Part shown: positions 7,368-14,800 of the stretch, piece by piece | Layout: each line of letters begins with the position of its first letter | Numbering within the stretch: position 1 is the first letter of the stretch | From: a virus | Lineage: Duplodnaviria > Caudoviricetes | Length of the DNA: 43,546 bases | Reading direction: 5' to 3' (one strand) | IMG/VR virus record: IMGVR_UViG_3300025003_000021 | Location: 1 to 43,546 of that record | The notes under the pieces: generated by a model | Told to the model about the DNA's origin: nothing | Seen by the model: the letters and a program-made list of their open reading frames with translations, nothing else | Database searches by the model: none | Translations under genes and position numbers: made by a program

Positions 7368-7920
7368 ATGCGCCAGATTTGTGATGGCCTCTATGGGATG
7401 AATCGCCCCCACGGATAACCGATAGCCAGGTTGGCACTGGCCGCCATCACAAACCTGGTGCTGCCAGGATGCAACGAACAGGTATCTATCGGGCTGCGGT
7501 CGCAAAAATAGACGATGCCGGGTGTTTTGGAAGCCGAGAGGCGTAGAACTCACCTGGGGCGATCAACAACGTTCTGCCCTGTTCGTGTATGTGGGAAAGA
7601 AGATCGCTGCCCAAGCGGAGGAAGTGCGCATACCTGGCACTCGCGTCAAGCGGGTGGAAGTACGGGGATGCGGTCCAGAGCCGAGCGAGACCTCTTGATG
7701 CGAGGGAAAGTCTGGAAGTGGTGGCGAGCATCATCGGCCATTATGCGGGTATGTCCTAAGTCCTCGTCCCTTGGGCAGGTTAACCCGGTACACGCCAACC
7801 GAAGCCGAGAGCTTAGGTTGGCGGATCTATTGGCGGGGAGCGAGCCTAGTCCTGAGCCCTGGGCAGATTAGGCAAAGTAATTTGTCGAAGTTTTAAGTTA
7901 ACCTGCTAAGGAGAACCAGC

Positions 7921-8250
7921 ATGGCGCAGTACCGAAAGAAACCAGTGGTGATCGAAGCGACACAGTGGTTCAAAAACGGTGACCACCCGGGAGACGGGAA
8001 CGGCACGTTTACTGACGGCGAATACAAGGGCGAGAAATACGAAGGGCTGGTCGTTCGGTACTTCCTCCGGCCAGACGCTAATACACCACGATGTGAGAAG
8101 TGCGGCAACGCCATGCGCGGTCATGGGTGGATTGACACACTGGAAGGCGGACACATTGTTTGCCCTGGCGACTGGATCATTACCGGATTGCAGGGCGAAC
8201 GGTATCCGTGCAAGCCAGATATTTTCGTGGCAACCTATGATGCGGTATAA
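7921..8250 (+). CDS. Conserved hypothetical phage protein (RKKPVVIEA...YPCKPDIF family)
   Basis: AAGGAG RBS; recognisable widespread phage motifs TLEG, GDWII and YPCKPDIF. Confidence 0.85.
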   Translation: MAQYRKKPVVIEATQWFKNGDHPGDGNGTFTDGEYKGEKYEGLVVRYFLRPDANTPRCEKCGNAMRGHGWIDTLEGGHIVCPGDWIITGLQGERYPCKPDIFVATYDAV

Positions 8251-8790
8251 CGCCAAGTTAGGTGTTTCCGTGTCGCCAGCGCCGGCTTTCTCGGCGGTGC
8301 TAGATGCCTGCTGCGGTAGCCGGATGTTTTGGTTTGACAAGAAGGACGACCGCGCACTGTTTGTGGACAAGCGCCGCGTGACGTGGCCGATTGACATTGG
8401 CACGCCTGGCACCAAGGGGAGAAGCCCGATTATAGTTGACCAGACGAGATTGCAGACTTCACCGCCCTACCATACCCGGACGGTGTTTTTGCCCGCGTTG
8501 TGTTTGACCCTCCTCACATCGAGCGGACGGGGGCTAAGGGGTTGCTCTCGAAGAAGTACGGGCACTTGACAGGTGATTGGCGCGAGATGCTGCGCCAAGG
8601 TTTTGCGGAGTGCTTCCGGGTGTTTAAGCCGCAAGGAACCATGATTTTCAAATGGTCAGAGTCTGACCATCCGGTTCCGGAGGTTCTGAAACTCACGCCC
8701 GAAAAACCGTTGTTCGGGCACCGCTTAGGCAAGACAAGGGAAACGACCGGCATTGGTTGTTACCCACCTATCCGAAGACGGAACGCTTTA
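8240..8790 (+). pseudogene. Frameshifted SAM-dependent methyltransferase (DPPH type)
   Basis: LDACCGSRMFWFDK lies in one frame and DEIADFTALPY..VVFDPPH...GFAECFRV..IFKW in another, with the shift near 8440. A probable second shift lies near 8748. The 3' end is approximate. Confidence 0.75.
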
Positions 8791-8855
8791 CCAGATTGCG
8801 GTGTAACATGGTAATCATGGCTGGACACACGAAAGGTAATATGAGGCGGAACAAC

Positions 8856-9056
8856 ATGGGAATCAAAAACAATAGAGGAGGCGCCCGCAAAGGCGCCGGC
8901 CTCGCCAAGGACCTGCATGGGGCGCGCACTGAGCGCTACTCCGTCACGCTCGACGCTGCGACGATCGCACTGGCACGCGAAATCGGACATGGGAACATGT
9001 CGCTAGGGATACGAATGGCCGTTGCATCTATCGCGGCTGGCAATGATGATGCGTGA
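8856..9056 (+). CDS. Small DNA-binding protein (RGGARKGAG motif plus ribbon-helix-helix-like region)
   Basis: GAGG RBS; basic Gly-rich N-terminus followed by YSVTLD..TIALAREIG.GNMSLGIR. Confidence 0.65.
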   Translation: MGIKNNRGGARKGAGLAKDLHGARTERYSVTLDAATIALAREIGHGNMSLGIRMAVASIAAGNDDA

Positions 9057-9117
9057 GATTGGCGGGCACACTTCCGATTCTTGGTGGTATATCTTCTGCG
9101 ATGACGGCGGGGTACTT

Positions 9118-9164
9118 TTGACATCCTCCCCGGCCTGAAGGCCGAGGTTTCGCGGCGCTTTCCG
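9118..9164 (-). mobile_element. Collapsed single-hairpin IS200/IS605 remnant (copy 3, 47 bp)
   Basis: The - strand reads TTAT|CGGAAAGCGCCGCGAAACCTCGGCCTTCAGGCCGGGGAGGATGTCAA: left-end and right-end signatures around one hairpin. Confidence 0.65.
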
Positions 9165-9182
9165 ATAAATAAATAGGAATAC

Positions 9183-11471
9183 ATGCGATACCTTAGTCTT
9201 TTTTCTGGAATAGAAAGTGCCTCTCAGGCTTGGATTCCATTGGGTTGGGAATGCGTAGGAGTGGCTGAAATCGAGCCTTTCCCATGTAAAGTATTGGCGC
9301 ATCATTATCCAGATGTACCGAATTTAGGCAGCGTCACGGAAATCACCAAAGAACAGGTAGAATCACTAGGGCATATTGACTTGGTAGTGGGCGGATTTCC
9401 ATGCTTTCAAGCTGGAACCAAAATTCTCACATACGACGGATATAGAAATATAGAAAATTTATTGATTGGTGATTTGGTTTTAACTCATACAGGAAGCTGG
9501 AAGCCAGTTACATCTGTTATGAAAAGTGAATCAAATAAATTACGAAAAATAAAAGGTGCTGGAGTTATTGAAACAATAACAACAGATGAGCACCCTTATT
9601 ATATCCGCAAAGCAAGCAATATTTGGGATAACAAGAATAGAACAAATCGTAGGTGCTTTTCTGAACCATCATGGGTTGAAGCAAAAGATATTTCATCATC
9701 AAACAGATGTTTCGCAGGGCAAGTTCTTCCTAAAGTTATAGATGATATTGACCATAGTGCAGAATGGTATTGGGTTGTTGGTAGATATTTAGCTGATGGA
9801 TGGATTGTAGAACGAAAAAATAGAAAAACTGGGCGTATTGTAATTTGTTGTGGTAAGCATGAGTTTTCGGAAGTTAAAGAAAGACTTAGTGATGCAGGAT
9901 TGAATTTTACAGTAGTAGAAGAAGATACAGTTTATAAATTCCATATTTGCAGAAAAGAATTATTTGATTTTTTAACGCCTTTTGGTAGATTGGCGCACGG
10001 GAAAAAACTTCCATCATTTTGTCTTGAATTGCCACGACATAAAGCCGAATCATTATTTAATGGATGGGCAACCGGAGATGGTTGGCGGAATGATAACCAC
10101 AAGCAATGGAGTGTAACAACTGTAAGTAAGTCATTGGCATTGGGAATGGCACTTTTAGCGCAGAGAGCATTTGGAATTGTTGCTGGAGTATATTACGCGA
10201 AAATGCCATTAACATGCATAATTGAAGGGCGTACTTGTAGTCAGCGTGGACAATATACCGTAAGAGTTTGCGATAGAAATAAATCATCATTTATTGATGG
10301 TGACTACGGTTGGAAATTATTGCGTCAATCAGATGCTTGTGGTGCTGGAGTTGTGTATAACATTAGCGTACAAGATGACGAATCATATATGGCAAACGGA
10401 GCAATAGTTCATAACTGCCAAGATTTATCCATAGCCGGGAAGCGGAAAGGATTACGAAATGAAGATGGAAGCGCAACAAGGTCTGGACTGTTCTTCACAG
10501 CAATGCGAATCGTTGAATGGGCAAAGCCAAGGTGGGTTGTCGTTGAGAACGTGCCCGGATTATATAGCAGCCAAAAAGGGAGAGACTTTGCTTCCGTGGT
10601 TGGGGAAATGGCTGGGTGCGAATTTGACGTACCGAGAGATGGATGGAAAAATTCCGGTTGTGCAGTCGGCAAAAACGGACTTGTCGAGTGGATCACTCTG
10701 GATGCGCAATACTGTAGAACACCTGAGTACCCTAGAGCCGTCCCACAAAGACGAAGGCGTGTGTTCGTTGTCCGAGATTCTGGAGACTGGCAAAGTAGAA
10801 AGCCGTTATTTCTTGAGTCAAAAGGCTTGTGCGGGAATCCTCCGCCGAGCAGAAAAACGCGGGAAAAAATTACCTACAATTCTATACAAAGCATTGCATC
10901 AAGTTGCAATGACGTAGCAAAGTGTATGACAAAAGGGACTGGACAACGGTTAGATTTTGAGACGGATGATTTTATCGCGCATGTATTCGCACTAGCAGGT
11001 AACACCATAGGCAGAAAACCAGAAAACGGCGGAAACGGAAATGGATTTGACGAATCTGGAGCAAGTTATACGCTGACTAAGACTGATGTTCATGCGGTGG
11101 CGTTTCATGTTGACGCACAACCAGATGAAATGAATTTCAGTGCAGAAACAAGCGCAACTCTAACGAGATCACAACATGCGGGAGTTGCAATAGGATGGAT
11201 CGGAGAATTAACAGCCTCTGAAAATGTAGCAGGTACTATTCAGCGCGGTGGTAAAGGCGGAAGGCATGATGGGGTTATGACACCACAAATGCAAGTAAGA
11301 AGGCTAACTCCAATCGAGTGCGCCAGGCTTCAAGCGTTCCCAGATGACTTCCTATCGCAAGTAAAAGGGTACTCGGACAGCGCAGCTTATAAGGCGTTAG
11401 GGAATAGCATGGCCTGCAACGTGATGGCCATCATTGGGCAGAAAATACATGAAGCAAGCTTGATTATCTAG
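9183..11471 (+). CDS. dcm: DNA cytosine-5 methyltransferase containing an intein
   Basis: SLFSGI, GGFP/CQDLS, VENVPG, QRRRRVF, RRLTPIECARLQAFPD and YKALGNSM motifs. Confidence 0.93.
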   Translation: MRYLSLFSGIESASQAWIPLGWECVGVAEIEPFPCKVLAHHYPDVPNLGSVTEITKEQVESLGHIDLVVGGFPCFQAGTKILTYDGYRNIENLLIGDLVLTHTGSWKPVTSVMKSESNKLRKIKGAGVIETITTDEHPYYIRKASNIWDNKNRTNRRCFSEPSWVEAKDISSSNRCFAGQVLPKVIDDIDHSAEWYWVVGRYLADGWIVERKNRKTGRIVICCGKHEFSEVKERLSDAGLNFTVVEEDTVYKFHICRKELFDFLTPFGRLAHGKKLPSFCLELPRHKAESLFNGWATGDGWRNDNHKQWSVTTVSKSLALGMALLAQRAFGIVAGVYYAKMPLTCIIEGRTCSQRGQYTVRVCDRNKSSFIDGDYGWKLLRQSDACGAGVVYNISVQDDESYMANGAIVHNCQDLSIAGKRKGLRNEDGSATRSGLFFTAMRIVEWAKPRWVVVENVPGLYSSQKGRDFASVVGEMAGCEFDVPRDGWKNSGCAVGKNGLVEWITLDAQYCRTPEYPRAVPQRRRRVFVVRDSGDWQSRKPLFLESKGLCGNPPPSRKTREKITYNSIQSIASSCNDVAKCMTKGTGQRLDFETDDFIAHVFALAGNTIGRKPENGGNGNGFDESGASYTLTKTDVHAVAFHVDAQPDEMNFSAETSATLTRSQHAGVAIGWIGELTASENVAGTIQRGGKGGRHDGVMTPQMQVRRLTPIECARLQAFPDDFLSQVKGYSDSAAYKALGNSMACNVMAIIGQKIHEASLII
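9402..10415 (+). mobile_element. Intein with LAGLIDADG homing endonuclease (338 aa)
   Basis: Begins CFQAGTKILT; block B TTDEHPYY; VGRYLADG and FNGWATGDG; ends YNISVQDDESYMANGAIVHN followed by Cys. AT-rich. Confidence 0.95.
10459..10917 (+). CDS. Out-of-frame overlapping ORF resembling the beta polypeptide of two-chain C5 methyltransferases
   Basis: 152 open codons in an alternative frame inside dcm, with WMRNTVEH..CSLSEILET..RYFLSQKACAGILRRAEKRGKKLP. Confidence 0.6.
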   Translation: MKMEAQQGLDCSSQQCESLNGQSQGGLSLRTCPDYIAAKKGETLLPWLGKWLGANLTYREMDGKIPVVQSAKTDLSSGSLWMRNTVEHLSTLEPSHKDEGVCSLSEILETGKVESRYFLSQKACAGILRRAEKRGKKLPTILYKALHQVAMT

Positions 11472-11511
11472 AAATTCTCAATTTCTCAAATCTGAAATCT
11501 GCGTAGGTCAT

Positions 11512-11621
11512 TGAGTACACTCAGAGTGACCCGGTGCGAGGCAAGCCTCGGCCTTCAGGCCTAGGAAGGATAGCGCGGACGCCATAGGAATCCCCCGACT
11601 TTAGGCGGGGTGGGGTGTCAA
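11512..11621 (+). mobile_element. IS200/IS605-derived miniature element (copy 4) at the convergence of the two arms
   Basis: AAGCCTCGGCCTTCAGGCC hairpin and right end GGAATCCCCCGACTTTAGGCGGGGTGGGGTGTCAA. The left boundary is uncertain (TCAT at 11508-11511). Confidence 0.65.
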
Positions 11622-11642
11622 TGGGATTCCAGTATCCGGGCT

Positions 11643-11810
11643 TCACTGATACCGGCCGGTGCCACCAGGCTCATCGTGCTGCACGTGGGTAACAGGTATC
11701 CCTAGCTCTTCGTGGTAAAGCACAATCACCAATCCACCGACTGTGGCGTAGAGAATGATGATGATTACCACCCAGTGCTCGACTCTCTTCCACCACTGCC
11801 ATGGGGTCAT
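11643..11810 (-). CDS. 55-aa single-pass membrane protein (absent from the ORF track)
   Basis: ATG overlaps the TGA of the giant upstream gene; translates as MTPWQWWKRVEHWVVIIIILYATVGGLVIVLYHEELGIPVTHVQHDEPGGTGRYQ. Confidence 0.7.
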   Translation of the reverse strand: MTPWQWWKRVEHWVVIIIILYATVGGLVIVLYHEELGIPVTHVQHDEPGGTGRYQ

Positions 11811-14800
11811 TGTTCTGACTCGAATTGCTTGAGGAACCTATCGTAGACGGCATTCTCTTCAATTTCAACCGCCTTCATTTTGATCTGCTTCATCTGTAAT
11901 GTCAGGCTGTCATCATTCTTGATTCGGTCCTGCTCGTCGCGCTTTGATTTGATAACCTCTTGAACCTTTTCGGCGTATGCGCTCAGAGCCCTCATCTTCG
12001 GGTTGTTGATCTCTTTCGCCGCTTCTACGTCATTGTTGTTCTTTGCATTAGCGAACTCATCAGCATATTTCTTGGCGTCCTTCGCCGCCTCGTAGAAAGC
12101 GGTGCGCGAGTCGGAGATGCCTGGCGACCTAACAAACCGATGCACGATTGGGTAGTCTCGCGGTTCGTCGCTTAGTTCGCCATATGCCGCCAGCTTCGCA
12201 ATGTTGGCAGTATCAAGCACGAACTTCCCAGTCCCACCAGTGAGCGATGTTACCCAGAATTTCAGGGTTTCAGGGGAGACGTCAATAACCCCTTTTTCAT
12301 ATTTAGACCCGCCCGTTGCCTGGTTCATGGTGCTCGCAATGTCGTCATACAGCGTGCCTTTGGTGGTGCGATACATCAACTGCGAATCTGGCTTGGAATC
12401 ACTGTATTGCATGGGGGTGATGCGGCCGCCGAATGAGTTTTCGTTGACGCCAGGCCCGAGGATCATCTTCGGTATTGTTGGAACCAACTGGAACAATCCA
12501 TGCTCCCCCTCGAACGGGTTGCCTATGGGTGACAGGTTGTCGAACATGGCCGACGCAAGGCGGATTCCGAGTTTTGTTCCATCTACCCCGTGCGCGTAGT
12601 CGTCTATCACATTGCCAAAAGTATGAAAGAGCCGGTAGCCATAAGGAAGCGGCAGCGTGAATTGATAATCGGAAATATTGATAACCCAGTTACCATCCTT
12701 AACATGGATCGGCAAACGCTTCCATTTGTCCTCGTCGCTGCCCCTGGCTAATTCGGCCAGCGCGATTGCAGCGAGTACCATCATCCCGGCCAGAGCTTGT
12801 GCTTGGCGCTTGTGTGGTGACTCGAACAGGGCGTGGTACATGACTTCCGTGCCTTGGATGTTTGCGTTAAAGAACAGGTACATCGCTCCGGCTTGGTTTG
12901 AAATCTCCCCTTTGCGGTTGAAGTTCATCAAGTTTTTGGCCTGGGCAGCCGCACGCTTCCGTCCAACAATCGGAACCAACACTTCGTAGGTCGCGACCCT
13001 CAAGGCGTTTTCAGTGATGGAGTTGATGCGTTTCATCAGCTTCAAGAAATGGCCGATGACCGGTATTTCATTGAACCCCGCCATGCCGGCTCGGAACGCA
13101 GCGATGGAACGTGCCTTGGTCTCGCTTTTGCCGGCGTCTATCTCCTTCTTGTAGGTTCTGCCGTAGGTATCCATCATGCCGGCGTACTCGTTATAAGAGG
13201 CTTGAATGTCAGTCCCAATGCGCTCAATGTCAGATAGGTAAGCCGCCCCGGTTGAACCCCCATCGGCTCTATATTCGCTCACCAACGCCGATGAACCGCG
13301 TTTCCTGAAGTGCTTGAAAAGCTCCTTTACGGCGTGCGGGTAGCGCATGAATATCTTGGCCGCTATGAATGCCCCGTACTCCCCGGTAAGGGTTAATGAG
13401 CCCTGGATTGCGTCACGAATCGGGTTTGTGAAGATGAAGTCAGGCGAGTACCCGGTGTAGGCCTTGGACAGCCAATTATTTGCCTCTCTGCCAGCCGACA
13501 AGACCGCGTTTAGGTGCTCGACACCTATGTTCTTGTAGGCTCTTGCTGCGATCTCGTCATTGATCTGGACCCTGACGGCGTACCCACCAAGATACACGTT
13601 GACCTCGTTTTCCTCCAACATAGGGGAGGCTCTTAGCATGACGCGAACTGGGTCTTGGGTTTTAACGATGACGAAATCAGGTCTGTTCCTGTCTGGGTGA
13701 GCGGACTGCTGATCGACATACCGCTTGGCGTCGTCTTGAGTGTCGAATGCGTCCAAATCATGGCCCTGGTAGGTGACCATGTAGGCCGTGGCGCCTGGGG
13801 CCAGCACCTGACGCTTTACCGGCTTCCCTACGGTAATTATCTCTGGGTTCGCTATTTCCAGCGCGAAGCGAACCAGCGCCTTGCCAACAAGGTTCTTCTC
13901 GTCGTTGGTTATTGCACGCTCATGGTCGCGCCAGATGTTTTCGATGATGGCTTCGTCGCGCGCGCCGTGGCCAAGGCGGCGATGTTGCCGGCCAGCGACT
14001 GAAAGCCCGCGCCCTGTTCCGGTCTTCTGTTCGTCGCCCTTGACAGGGATGTATAGGGAATACGTATCCTCCCATGACTTAACCAAGTCGGCCGGGATAA
14101 TCCCAGAATTCAGTAGGATGTCGCGCGACTGCGTGGTGACGGAACGCCACTCATTCGCTAGACGTTTAAGTTCAGCAAAGTTCGGCAGGCTTCCAAGGGA
14201 CGCCATGATAGACTTTGATTCCTGATCGGTCATGCCGTAGGCGGTCTTGTCCTTGTCATTGTGTAGTACCCTTGCCCTAACGTTGGCCTCGGGTGCGTGC
14301 TGCGCCTTTAGGAAGGTGGCGATCTGCTCCATCTCGATTCCGGCCGCCACCGTCTTCTCGATCAAGGGCTTCATCTGCAACTCTCTGAAGTCCTGCATAC
14401 GCGCTGCGATCCTTCCTGGCATGGTTGTTTCATACAGGTAAACGTCAGCCTCTTCGGGAATCGCAATGCCTTGGTCTTCAATCCATTTTTGCAGGACTTT
14501 GAAGCGGTTGAATTTGTTTTGGATAACCCGCAGCCTCTTCTGGGCAGTAGTTTCTGCTATAGGCGTGTTCGCGCGGCTCCTGGGCGATCCGCCTTGTAGG
14601 TTTGCCGTAGGCTGAATAGGCGGAGCCATAGGCGGTTTGGGCGGAATGCCCTGGAGTGGGGCTTGACGCGATCCGCCCCGGTTTGTCCATGTCGGCATAC
14701 TGACCACGTAGCCCGCTTCTTTCGTGCCAAGCGAATACCCAGTAGACGCCCTATCCCCGGTGTATCCAACGGTTGAATATTCAAATGCTCCGCTGACGAC

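Noticed and set aside
7515-7871. 118-aa ORF in the gap after the primase
   Set aside because: Atypical composition, no RBS and no motif; treated as non-coding or unresolved.
7979-8569. 196-aa ORF as a single gene
   Set aside because: Its 5' half is a shadow of 7921-8250; only the part from about 8240 belongs to the frameshifted methyltransferase.
9118-11621. dcm as cargo of a composite IS605 transposon
   Set aside because: The flanking elements each carry their own right end pointing outward, so they look like independent insertions rather than one element's left and right ends.
11671-11868. 65-aa - strand ORF from the track
   Set aside because: The alternative frame 11643-11810 has an ATGA-coupled start and a clear transmembrane segment, so it is preferred.
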